Below, piece after piece: positions 1 to 12,251 of a stretch of 64,000 nucleotides of DNA (the first letter of the stretch is position 1; each line of letters opens with the position of its first letter). This stretch comes from Rhodosorus marinus CCMP1338 (lineage: Eukaryota; Plantae; Rhodophyta). Below the pieces are notes generated by a model. The model ran no database searches and was not told the origin of the DNA. It worked only from the letters and a program-made list of their open reading frames with translations. The stretch covers positions 1,798,001-1,862,000 of the forward strand of contig JAMWBK010000005.1 in NCBI GenBank assembly GCA_029953675.1. Reading direction: 5' to 3'. The translations under genes were made by a program, and so were the position numbers.

Positions 1-511
1 TATCGGTTAATAGCATATCCCAGATTTTTTACGGGGCTCGGTTTTGCACAAGAGCACCAAAGTACGTGCTGGGGGTTGTTATATCTATGGGGTGAAAAGA
101 TTGATCTTTTCTGTGATGTCGTTCATATTTTCTCAAAATTCAAGAGTTTCTCGAGGGGCAAAAAGGAAAAGCGGGCAGAGATCCCGGCGCGATAGAATCT
201 CTCTTTCTCTAGTTTCCTTTTTTTCCTTGGGCTTGGGGGGGGGGGAGGGGCCTCTGAGTGGGCTGGTTAGTGCTGTTGAGTGCCGAATCGGTGAGCATGA
301 TGAGGTGTTGCTGATGATAAGGGCTGTAACGCTTTGGGAGAGTGTGTGAAGAGAGGAGTGGGAGAGGAAACTTTTCTGTGACTAGATATAAAGAATAGTT
401 TTGGATTTCGATCCCAGTTTTTTGCAAGTAGAGTGAGTTTCCTTTTGAGAGTTTTGCGGATTTTCTAGAGCGCGGGAGGCGGTTTCGGGGGAGGGACTCC
501 AACTTGAGAAG

Positions 512-2169
512 ATGAGAGTCCTTAATTTAGTCAAGCCCTTCATGGGCATTCTCCCGGAAATTGAGCAACCTGGGAAGACGGTTCCGTTTAAGGAGAAGGT
601 GCTTTGGACGTCGATTACGCTCTTCATCTACCTCGTTTGCTGCCAAATTCCTTTGTATGGAGTGGTTAACACGAAATCGTCGGACCCGTTCTACTTTATG
701 AGAGTGGTGCTGGCTGCGTCTAATCGAGGAACGCTGATGGAGCTTGGAATTTCTCCGATTGTTACGTCGTCGTTGATTATGCAACTTCTGGCTGGAGTGA
801 AGATCATTGAGGTCGATCAAAGCGTCCAGGAGGATCGTGTTCTCTTCTCCGGAGCGCAGAAGCTTTTCGGTTTGGTCATTTGCCTTGTTGAGGCCATTGT
901 TTATACTCTGTCGGGTATGTACGGTGAAGCGTCCGCACTAGGTGTTGGAAACATCATCCTCATCATCACCCAGCTGTTCGTAGCTGGGGTGGTGGTCCTA
1001 TTGCTTGATGAACTGCTGCAAAAGGGTTACGGAATGGGATCTGCTATCTCCCTTTTCATCGCTACAAATATTTGCGAAACCGTCATGTGGCAAGCATTGT
1101 CTCCGACAACGATTAACATTGGCCGTGGAGTTGAGTTCGAAGGAGCCTTGATCGCCATGTTTCATCTTTTGCTTACGAGGAAGGACAAGCCGCAAGCCTT
1201 GCAAAGCGCACTTTTCCGAACTGAGCTTCCGAACGTGAGCAACTTGGTGTCTACCGTGGTTGTTTTTGCAATCGTAATTTACTTCCAGGGCTTCAGAATA
1301 GACCTTCCGGTTAAGAGTCAGAACGTGCGTGGATACCAGGGATCTTATCCGATCAAACTATTCTACACCTCGAATACGCCGATCATCCTTCAGTCGGCAC
1401 TGGTGTCAAATCTGTACTTTTTGAGCCAGCTTCTGTACTCGAGATACCCGGAAAACTTCATTGTCAACCTCCTCGGTGTATGGCACACTATTAGCGAGGA
1501 GTCGACACAGATGTATCCAGTGGGAGGCCTTGCGTACTATATTTCGCGTCCAGCAACAATTCAAGGTGCCATAGCGGTGAGTTCAAACGGCAGAAACCAG
1601 CGCTACGTTATTCGATCATTTTCGTCATGGATATTGTCCAATTGATATTGTCCAACTGAAGCAATTGTTTCATCGACTCTGCCATTCGTAGGATCCAATT
1701 CGTGCGGTTTCTTATCTGGTTTTCATGCTTGGTGCTTGTGGGTTGTTCTCCAAGCTGTGGATCGAAGTGTCGGGTTCGTCCGCTAGGGATGTGGCAAGAC
1801 AGCTGAGGGATCAGAATATGACGATCAAGGGTCACAGAGAACAATCCGTTGTGAAGGAGCTGAACAGGTAAGACATATGCCAATAAGTCAGGAACGCTCG
1901 AAAATGGCGATCGCGACTGGCGGCGGGTACACTACGCATTTTTCGAAGCTGACGAGCAAACTTTTTTTTTGTTGGAATCGACCAGGTACATTCCGACTGC
2001 GGCTGCTTTCGGTGGCATATGTATTGGCATTCTGACTATTATGGCCGATACTTTGAACGCGATCGGATCCGGTACTGGTATTCTTCTTGCCGTTACAATC
2101 ATCTACGAATACTTTGAAATATTTGCAAAGGAACGTCAGAACGACCCGTCTCTGTCGTTGTTCAAGTGA
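512..2169 (+). CDS. SEC61A: Protein transport protein Sec61 subunit alpha, 3 exons: join(512..1576,1692..1867,1986..2169)
   Basis: Motifs [73 protein letters not shown]. Spliced continuation [11 protein letters not shown]...[16 protein letters not shown] and [10 protein letters not shown]...[18 protein letters not shown]. Both introns are GT-AG. Confidence 0.97.
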
Positions 2170-3831
2170 TTGGACAACCACGAGTTTTGGACATGGGCTG
2201 TGGTTGGAGATCTCAATCCGCTGTTTTAGGGAACCTCGGTCGCCAGCGTGATGCTTTTCGCGGAAAGGAGTCTGTGCCCGAGAGTACCATATTCAGGACA
2301 GCCTGTAGTTTGAACAGGCTGAACTCCGAATCCTTTTTGTTTTCGAATGCTGAAGCAATCGCTGTTGATGAGTGAAAGGGGTAGCAGCATTGCATAAAAA
2401 CTGTTCGCTGCATGCGTTGGCGTCCAGTGCGTTACCGCATTGGATTAGAAATTCTGCCGTAGTCAAAAGTGACTTTTGTTGCTCTTGAGGAATAGGAAAT
2501 GCGTGTACTCTAGCTTTTGAAGATCTTACAAACTAAAAAGCAAGATAGACATCATGAGCGCATCCCCGGCAACTTAAGATCTAGAGAAAAGCAAGATCGA
2601 CCTATATAAGGCAACCTTAGAGAGGTTGCAAGATACAGCAGGACATACCCAGGACAAAGGCGTGGAGAGCTAGTTTCGCCTCGATACTTGTGTGTGACCG
2701 TAAGGAAGCTACAGGTTGTGGCGCTAAAGAACGCTAAGACAAGAACTTGTCGTCGACTGATGGGGGGGCCAAACGTGCAATACTGCATTGTCACTTCGCA
2801 AACCCTGCATTGTCATTTCATGAAACCCTATGACCCATTGCCTACTTGCATAGGCAATAGGTCGGCGCGACAGGGCATCCGCGGTAACCTTGGTTGCAGA
2901 GAGCCAGTTTCGCGTCGGTACTTTTCATCCATTGATGTGACTAAACATCAATACCAATGCTTCTTGTGATGAATACCAAGTCTCTGCATTGTCATTGAAC
3001 AAACAACCCTACGCATGCCTGTAATAATACTTGCATAGACGATGGATCGGACCGCGACGGTTCTTCTCGTTCACACAACACTGCACTTCACCCCTCCGGA
3101 AACGTGAGAAATTGCAATGCTTGTTTCAGATAAGATCTCGGTACATCTGCCATACAAGCGGTCGTAGTCCATAAGTTAAGAATGGACAAAAAAAAATTTC
3201 CCCGGTACGATTATCTTGATCGTAACCCAGAAACGGACAATGAAAAAAGAGGTGAAAAAAAACAAAGCAAGAAAACCTCTGCAAACCATTAGTAACCAAA
3301 CCAAAACGCAGCCCGAACAAACAACCAAAACAAACTTTTTGTAGAGCATCACCCAACCCAAAAAGAGATAAAACAAACAAAAAACAATAATATTCGTTCA
3401 TGAGCCAACACAGTCCAATCATCCCCGCCCCTCCCTCCCCACCAACCCCCCCGGGAATCCCTCTCACTCATCTCGCTCACTCCCTCTGCCGGTGCTAAAA
3501 TGGGCAAAGGCACACAAGTGCGGTGGGCACCATCCAAAATAACGCTGAAAACAGCAATGCTATGCAACGTAGTTGATAGAAACCGCCGCTCAGAGAACCC
3601 ATCAAAAAACCAAAAAAACAACAACAAAATAGATGGACTCATTGATTCGATCCATATAGTCCCCCCCTCCAAAAATCGACACTCATATATCAAAAAATAA
3701 AATAAAATTCGCAGTTATTAAAAACGTCACCACACACATACACCCCCCTTACCTCCTCCATCCCACCCCGACCCACCCCAGGGGCCCAATAAACATCACA
3801 AATCACTTTTCTTTCTCTTAAAATGCTCCTA

Positions 3832-3893
3832 CTTCTTCCCCTCTGCTTCTTCTCTTCTTCCCCTCTGCTTCTTCTCTTCTTCCCCTCTTCTTC
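3832..3893. repeat. 22-bp pyrimidine tandem repeat, about 2.6 copies
   Basis: Unit cttcttcccctctgcttcttct is exact at 3832 and 3854, with a partial third copy. Confidence 0.85.
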
Positions 3894-3990
3894 ATTAACA
3901 GAAACCCTACCATCCGTTGACAAGGAGAATGTGGGGCGATAACATCCACATTGGGTAAAAATATGTTCACTCAAAAACACACTTTCTCCA

Positions 3991-4030
<40 letters not shown>

Positions 4031-4040
4031 CCTCTCTCTT
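3991..4040. repeat. (CT)n microsatellite
   Basis: Run of tctctc... visible directly, with a few interruptions. Confidence 0.9.
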
Positions 4041-4994
4041 TCACAGAATAAAACGAACAATGCACTAAACCCCCAATACATCTTTTTTTCTTCGTTAATA
4101 CATAAAATACCATTTCCCATTGCAATGCTCCTTTCCAGATTCTATCTCAACCCTTTCCCCCCTCTGCCGGCTCCAATTGATCTGTTTCACTAACCCCCTT
4201 TATCCTGCTCTTGATCCACTTCATTAGAGTTTAGTGCCTTATCCACAAAACTCGAATTGGAACGCTTACTTACATCCCCAAAAAATCCGCCGATCAACAT
4301 TAAAAACCACGATTCTTTATATCGTTTATTCTTTATATAGCTTTATACTATATACAGAATCCGGTAGATCTGTCCTTTTGTTGATGGGGTAGAAAGAGAT
4401 CGAGGATTTTGGTTTTGATAAAGAAAAACTCTTTTGTTGGGGGGGGTGTGTGGATGGGAGGGAGTTAGGTTGGAAGCGACGGGCTGAGTGGAGTAGTTTC
4501 ACTGGCAAGAAATTGAATGGATTTGGAGAGGGAGGGTTGGGGGGAGGTGGTGGGGGGGGTGTGTTTCAATCGATCGGATTTTTTTTTGTAATTTAGATAA
4601 ATTGGAGGTTAAGAATGGAGTGCAATTTGTTTATTTGGTTCCCGGAAGCAATGGCGTACGTTGCAAACCGGTGAAAAAATAAAGATCTGATGGCATATTT
4701 GGCGAGGGTGTGATCTCCATTGCGGGAAAACGCGAAAGCCCGACTTGGAAGAGTGGGGGCTTTACTTAATAGATTTAACCGGGCGACTGGTGGGAGGCAG
4801 GGGTGGGGTGGAGTAGGAGAGAGGCGGAGTGTTGTAGAACGAGTTTTGATACTGTGGTTGTGTGGATCCGTAGTCTATCAATCTGGTTCTATACTGTCGC
4901 GTGTGTGTGTGGAGCTGACTGTTCGGGCTTAAACGGTTTTATCACTACTATTGAATAGTCGGCTTTTTTAAGTGGTTGTTTATTTGGATCAAAG

Positions 4995-5884
4995 ATGTTT
5001 GGATTGTTCGGAGGAGGTAAGAAGAGCCCCACGGTCCCGGTCAGTGCCCCTATTGGGCTGGGGGCTGAGAACTGGAAGGAGCTGATGTCCGGAAACGTCG
5101 CATACGTGAACGGCAAGAAGCATGCGACCGTCAACGAGAACATGCCCCAGCACCGAAAGGCCAACTCCGAGAGCCAGCTTCCTCTCGCCGGAATAGTCGC
5201 CTGCTCAGACTCTCGTGTCGTACCGGAGCTCATATTTAATCAAGGTCTTGGAAGACTGTTCACTTGCGTAACTGCTGGCAACATTGTTGATTCGTTGGTG
5301 GTCGGAAGTCTGGAATTCGCTGTCACCGTTCTGCAGGTGAAGTTGATCGTCGTGATGGGCCATACCAGATGTGGTGCTTGCATCGCGGCCGTTGGCGCCG
5401 CCAAGGACGGTGAGTGCAGAGTTCAGTTCAAGCTTTTCTCTAATTTCGACATCATATCAGTGACTTACCGGGATCCCCTATCTTCTGAACAGGTACTGAA
5501 CCAGTAACCAGACCTGGATTGGTTAAGCTGGTGCACATGTCAGGCCAGACTACACCACCGCCACCACCACCACCAGCCGGTCACTTGGAAGGTTTGGTCG
5601 GATGCCTCGTTCCGCCAGCGCGTGCTGCGGTTGAGTCTGGTGCCTCGTCGGATAAGGTTGTTGACGAGACCTCGAGAAGGAACGCTATCTATGGAGCTGA
5701 GGCGATTATTACGATGTCTGAGAAATTGAAGGAGCGATTCGAGAAGGGCGAGTTGACCGTCATTGCAGCTCAGTATGACATCGTCACCGGAGAAGTGACA
5801 CCAATTCACACTTTCTACCCGAACAAGACCCTGACCGAGCAAGGAAACGAGGCCGCCGAGATGTACAACGTCGTTTACAACTAA
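4995..5884 (+). CDS. Beta-class carbonic anhydrase, join(4995..5409,5544..5884)
   Basis: Zinc-ligand motifs ACSDSRV and GHTRCGA, plus AGNIV...GSLEFAV and C-terminal AAQYDIVTGEV. One GT-AG intron joins the two ORFs in frame. Confidence 0.93.
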
Positions 5885-6227
5885 TACTTGCTCTAGTTCA
5901 GAAGTAGATACTTCGCTTCTTTACTTGTTGTCTTCCTTTCTAAACTGGGGAGTAATTCCCCGTAGAAATTTTTCCACCACAGCCGCAAGTGCCGCAACGC
6001 TCATGGAGTTTCTTGAGAAGTTAAGATTCACAGTCAGTCATTCGGGGGGTGCATCAAGCACGTTACTTGTCAGGACACTCACCTGAACGAAACGTCTCTC
6101 GGCATGCTTCTTCGTCTCTACAGTTTCACTCGCGAACGTAGCGCTTAGCGAGGTCCGACACCGTTTCCTGGTAGGGTGTTATTGAAACTTCCTCTGGAAA
6201 CACCTGCAAGGCATAGAGTCGACAGTT

Positions 6228-7388
6228 CTAGCGATCAGAACCAACGAAGGGGAAGGCAAGCTTGACTTTTGTACAGCGACCCACATCGTCCCCGAGGTCG
6301 AACCAAACATGCCCCAGAGCTTCCTTCGCGGATGGTCTTGCGCTCACGTTCGGCTCCAACAAGGCGGTGAGCATGTCCCGTGTTGCATCCTGGATATTGT
6401 CGGGAATAGCGATATCGCCGCTCTTCACCTTGAGCAAGGTCTGCATTAGGCTACTCTCTTGGATCGGCAACCGCCCGCAAATGCAGAAAAAGAGCGTGAC
6501 ACCGACAGCCCATACATCAGCCGCGTACAAATCCATAGTAGGCAGTTTGCTCGCGACTTCTGGAGCCTGGAACGCCAATGTCTGTGAAAGAAAGGCAACG
6601 GTACATTCAGCTTGTCAATCACAGAAGTGATTTTCCTCTAGGCGCAAAGGGCTAGTCGTTTGAGTATGGTCATTACCCCAGCCGATGATGTTCCAGTGGC
6701 TTTGTTCTCCAAGCACACTGCGTTGCCAAAGTCAACGAGCACAACTCTGTTTCCTGCTGTGATCAAGATGTTGTCCGGTGCTATGTCCCGGTGAGCGATT
6801 TTGGCATTGTGCAGTTCATCCACCGCGGCTAGGAGCTGCTTGAAGACGTTCCTCAGCCATTTGGATGCTTTCATACTCTGCAAAAAAACGTGAAGCCAGT
6901 TATTCAATTTCTTTTCCGAATTACAAATCCTGGAGATGCGAAATTGTAGGTCCCAAGGCTACCTTCTCTGGTTGATTCTCTACAACGGTCTTCAACTGGA
7001 CTCCCGCAACGAATTCCATGGCGACATATACTGAGCTGCTCTTAGGATAATCGATGGCGTCAACAAACTTTGGAAGACCAGAATGCGCTGGTAATGACTT
7101 CAACACATCTACAACACATTCACGGGCAAAAGCAGCATGTTAGGGACAAACCCAATGGACATCTGGTCCAACTCAGACTCGGCAATGACGATCCTCAATA
7201 CCGATTTCATCCTGAACTCGTTCCTTTTCGTTTCTCGGTTGGAACGGCCTGTCCCGCTCAAAGCATTTGATGGCTACGATCTCATTCGTGCTCAATATGT
7301 AGCCCTCACGAACCGGGCCGCTTGCCCCGCGCCCGATCACATGCCCCAAAACAAGATCGCCAATGCGTTCTGGCTTCTCATCCAACAT
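6228..7388 (-). CDS. Ser/Thr protein kinase, CAMK/CAMKK-like, at least 4 exons; 5-prime end uncertain (may extend toward about 7800)
   Basis: GRGASG, VAIK, alphaC DEI, YVAMEF, HRDIAPDN, DFG, spliced AG|TLAFQAPE, DVWAVGVTLF and RPSAKEALGHVW occur in order across GT-AG introns. Confidence 0.88.
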
Positions 7389-8004
7389 CTATCGAAACCC
7401 GCGTCACCTTGCGAGCCGCTCACACTTTGCTGACACTAAAGTGAACAAGCATTTTTCCCACTCTCGAGGTCAGTCCACGAGGTTCTGGCTTGAGAACCAG
7501 ATCTTAGCGTCCTCATGAAGATGAAAAAGGTTCCCCTTTGAAAACTCGCAGATTGACCGTCGATACGTGCTTGTCGCACTCAGCGGTTTCCCGTTGACAA
7601 TCTAAAGCGATGTCCCCGTTTTGGAGCTGAAGTTAACGGTATTTCTCGACATCTGAAGATGCCAAGAGTCTACAGGGACGAGTCGAATCCAGCTATCTGA
7701 ATCCGAATTTGTGAGTTTTTTCCATTTTGGCTGGGGTTGAGTAACCAGGCCGCATGAAACAGAGGCTGCGAACTGTCCAGAGACGAACACGTTAGGAACC
7801 TGGCCTGGTGGATGTGCTTTGACCAGTAGTGACTATGAAAAGAGAAACCGCAAAAGAGAATCCGCTTCTGAGCAAAGCTCTACTGGCGCGGTAGTAGGCA
7901 CGTTTGTTCTCAGCGCAGCGGTCCGGGAGAAACTCGGATGGGTGATGACAGGTATCCTTTTTAAGGTAAACAAATATTATGCACAAAAGCGCGAACAAGC
8001 CTCC

Positions 8005-9788
8005 TCACTGCTTCTTTCCGTCGTCTCCAGTAGGTGGCTGAACATCGGGTGAGGGCTCCGGCTCCTCAGCGTTGCTTCTCGCTTCATTGATTCTCCCAAT
8101 GTTGCTCCGACAATCGTTCATCTCGGACTTCAGGAACGACTGTTCGCTGCTTAAAAAGTTCACAAAATGTTTCGCGGTTCTCCCGCAGTATCCTCCTTTG
8201 GCCTTTGCAAATTGAGATGCACGGAGTTCAAGGATATCTAGAGTTACGAAAAGGCAACATCAAAGAGAAAGCCCTAGGTAAGTCTTTTTTCCACACATAT
8301 AGGGTCACCACGACCGACACTGAAACAATCGTTGGTTCATTGAGGACGCTCACCGGCTCCGATTTCTCCAATCCCTGCTCTACTGGCAAGATATTTCACA
8401 GTATCCAGGTATTTCTCTTTCGTTGCTTCTTCAAAAATCAGCATTGTGCCAAACCGGTCACTGAACCCAAACACATCCTCCTCCAAATACAGTTCTTCAC
8501 CTTCCGCGTCTCCGGCAATAATGTTCTTCTGGAGCTCCGCATAACGGCAGCTTGTTACACAGATGATAACGTTCTGGGGTATCTTGACGCAGCTCCCGTC
8601 GAGCACTTTCCTAAGGCATCTGTATTCTTCCTCGTCAACGTCATAGTTAAAATCGTCCACAAATAATACGAACTTTTGTGCTCTACCAGCAAGCTCCGCG
8701 AAAATCGAGCGAAACGTTTCCATATCAATGGCGGACTCAATCTCAACAAGTCGCAGTCCGCGGTCTGCGTAAGTATTCACGCAAGCCTTAACAAGCGAGG
8801 ACTTTCCGCTTCCCCTGGTCCCAGCTAACAGCACATGGTGTGCCGCAAGCCCTTGAAGGAGGAACTCAAAGTTTTGCCGTAAAACATTCTTCTGTCGACG
8901 GATGCCAAAAATATCATCCAGGGTCACCTCATCGGGAGTCTCAACAGGTATGAACTCAGCTTCCTGCACACCTAGCAGGAAGAACTTGTGGTCCGCGAAA
9001 AAACCAGACCCACGCTGCGTATAGTTCGAGTGCAGCTCTGGCACCAGGTCCGCCCAGGATGACAGAGTATCCTCGAACTGGAGCCGAAGAGTTCGCTGAT
9101 TGCCATCAACGGTCATCAAGAATTCGGAGCGCTCGCGGTCCTGCACGTGCCATGCGGGGACCGGAGCACCTAGATAGAACGAAACCAACTCAGCAATACG
9201 CTTCGGGTCGAAGCCAAACAGCTTCTGCAAGATGTTGAGGTCATGCATGGCGGCGGAAAGCAACGCTTCAGGCATATCCACAAGGTTCTTCTTCTGACAA
9301 GTTAATGAGAAGACATTATCCGAATAGAGAAGCAGAGACAGAAATCGGTCTGTCCAGCTCAGTCCAGGTTCGGCAAGAGAGGAGAAGTAGTCCCCGTAAG
9401 ACTCTGATACTGGACCTCGCAGGGATTCGTCCTCCTCTTTGTCAAGCTGGTAAACAGCCTCCAGCAAATTCAATAAGTTCTGGACCGCTTCATCCTCCAA
9501 AACATCATCAAAGAACATCAGCCTGGAACATTCCTCTAGGACGTCAGTGACATGGGCAGATGACAGCATGTCCCGCTCCAGCTTGTCCTCCTCCGTTTCA
9601 GCCGCGGACGCAGACTTTGACCCTCTACCAGAGGCGCTTTTTCGTGTCGACGACGACGTTCGAACCCGGGCATTTGGCTTGGAGCGTGCTGTTGAGCGAC
9701 TTCCACTCACGCTCATTGTCGTCAATGAGCACGCCCTATTTCGCTTGGGCTTCGTGAGAAGATCTACTAATCCTACAAACGCCTCCAT
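8005..9788 (-). CDS. DUF815-family AAA+ ATPase with plastid-type presequence, join(9788..8354,8237..8005)
   Basis: Walker A HVLLAGTRGSGKSSLVKA, GLRLVEI, Walker B FVLFVDD, LRKVLDGS..PQNVII, FSDRFG. A second exon read by eye (DILELRASQFAKAKGGYCGRTAKHF) matches the DUF815 C-terminus. The N-terminus MEAFVGL is Ser/Arg-rich. Confidence 0.85.
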
Positions 9789-12251
9789 GTTTCCCCTTCG
9801 CAACCAAACTACGCAAACAGAATTCTACCCGACTCCCCAGTTCGCGTCCCCACGACCGCCGTCCCTAAACTGGCCAAGCAAGCTATGTACTATACTCGCT
9901 CAATTGACATCGCTCAGAGGACAACGCAACTCCTTCAGAGGAGGGGACAAACAAAAGTCCTCCCTCTACAACGCTTTAGTCTCAGCGCGTCCCCTTCCAA
10001 ACTCTCAGAGCTTTCCGCAACTCGTATCTTATCAGACCCGAACTGATCCCAATCTCCACTACCGCCAACGCCCAAACCCGCAAACCCCGTCTCAGTTAGA
10101 CTTCTCCAAAAGCGAACGAAATTGCGGAAGCGCGAAGCGGCATCCAATGCCCCATTTCAATTCCTAACGAGAAACGAACCTCGTCTACGAACAACATGAA
10201 AAAGTGTCACACAGACACACGAACCGAACCCATATTGATTGTCCGTCTTCCAGACCAAGCTCTCAGCCCAAACAAAAACCAGGACATCTAATTCTTCTTC
10301 CTTTTTTGACGAACTAGACCCCCCCCCCCTATTTCTAAAAAGTTTTCAATAAATCACAAAAGTACACGAAAATCCGAAAACAACTAACCCTCCCCGACCC
10401 CCCCCCCCTAAGAAAAAAACACTTTTTGCAAAGCGTAGAGCGGGAGCTACAATCTTTGTCAAACGCTCTCCTCCCCCTTCTGTGTTTTTGTTTCGGTCTT
10501 GGACTATTCAAACAAAGTCTAGCGAAGGGCCGGAAATTCTGAGTTCCATGACATTCACACCAAAAAAGTTTTAGCCTTTTCCAGTAGACGGAAAATCGTG
10601 AGTATGTGCTCACCGGGTTAGAATCCAGCTGCTCGGGCAAAGCGAGAAAGGCTATTGTAAAACCGGTCCGGGAGGGGGGGTTGGGGTTGGAAAGTAGGAC
10701 TGGCCATTTAAAGTGTGACAACTGTCCTGATCTTATTCGGAATCTTGCTCCAGAGTCCTAGTGCCAGGCTGTCCATAGGTTATGACTCCTAGTATAGTAT
10801 AAGCGATGTATTGTATCGATTTTCTGATCAGCCGTCCATTTTTCTCGTCGGAGTCTAAGTTTTAGGTTTAGTTGATTTCTTGTGGAAATTCCGGCCGTGC
10901 CCGTGCCCCTCTACCAATAGCAAGAAAGGGAATAAAAAATCCCTTGTAACTCAAGCCAATAAGTTCGCGTCCTTGTACGACAACAGGACGCGGAACTATA
11001 TAATTGGATAAATTTTCACCTGACTGAATTGGAAACCACATACAATTGGACAAATATGTCCACCGCCTCTAACTGAAACAGGAGCGGCACGTTTATTTGT
11101 TTTTTTCAGGGGTGTACTTTTCCCGGAATGGCGTTGATATAGAACATAATTTATAGATTAAGAAGCTCAGCCACGTAGAACTTTCCAAAAAACAGTTCAG
11201 CTAACGGGAAAAAACGTTCTTTGAGCCGTGGGGAAATACAACAAAAGCTCTAACTCGTCCAGTCTCTTTCTCTCTGAGGCTGTGATGTGTGACTCATTCG
11301 TTTTGACGAAAACAATTGCAATACTAATGGACGCCCCGAGACGCGCTTTGAGCCGTCTCACTCCAACCCATCTGACCTCAGAGGCACCGCTATTTTTGAG
11401 GGGTTGGCTGTGCCCGCGGTTTTTTTGTTTTTTTTTCCGTGTGCATGTGTGGTGGGTGCGGGTATGGACTTTCATCTTTTTGTAGAAAAACAATCGATTA
11501 TAGCCGAAAGAGATGTAAAAAGTACGGAAATACACACCCTTTATACATAGTTTGCATCAACGAGGCCTGGAAAGTCGTCCATTGGCTAAGCACGATATCG
11601 CTGAGCAATAAGAACGAAAAAAGGGGGGACCGGAGTGGTTTCTACTATTTTAGAATAAAATTATTTTTTTTTATAGGAATGTAGGAGGCGCTAATTTGGA
11701 AAGGGGGTTTGGAGTCTTTAATTGGAAGGTAAGCGGGAAATGTCATCGGCGATCGATCCCCCTAGTTTGCAGGACCTTGACTGATCGATCGATAGTTGGG
11801 TTTTCGTTTTTTTGAAGTTGTGTTTAGGAGCATTCCAGCATTCTACACAATTAGTGGGAATTGAATTAGGGGTTCGCCGGTGAAGTGGATTGGGAATGTG
11901 TGGGTTGTGCAATCAGGCCTCTTCCTACCACACGCGAATAGCAGAGGCTGGCTGGTCATTAGCAGTTTCCTTTTTTGCCGTTGTTTTTCCTTCACGAGGC
12001 CTGATTGCGGAGTGCCCGGGGGGATGGGATTGAGTTGTTTCATTCATTTTTAAGGATTGCCCTCTACTCGGTTGCGGTTTTCTATCCATTTCCGGTGTGT
12101 TCCGTAAACGAAAAATTCGTATTGAGGAGAAGGGATTACAGGGGCAGTTTTACTTGCTGAGCGAGGGCGGACGATCCTGGGTCAAGGTGCAATTGAGCGG
12201 AGGCAGGGTGGGGCTTGGGAGTATTGCTTTTGAGAAAATTTGGAAAGCACT

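Noticed and set aside
2785-3030. aaaccct motifs as telomeric repeats
   Set aside because: Only isolated single copies, with no tandem array.
3126-4193. Several 60-115 aa ORFs in the Sec61-CA intergenic region
   Set aside because: They derive from homopolymer- and microsatellite-rich low-complexity DNA.
9547-10167. 206-aa plus-strand ORF
   Set aside because: It overlaps the DUF815 gene in antisense and runs into its promoter; it has no motifs.
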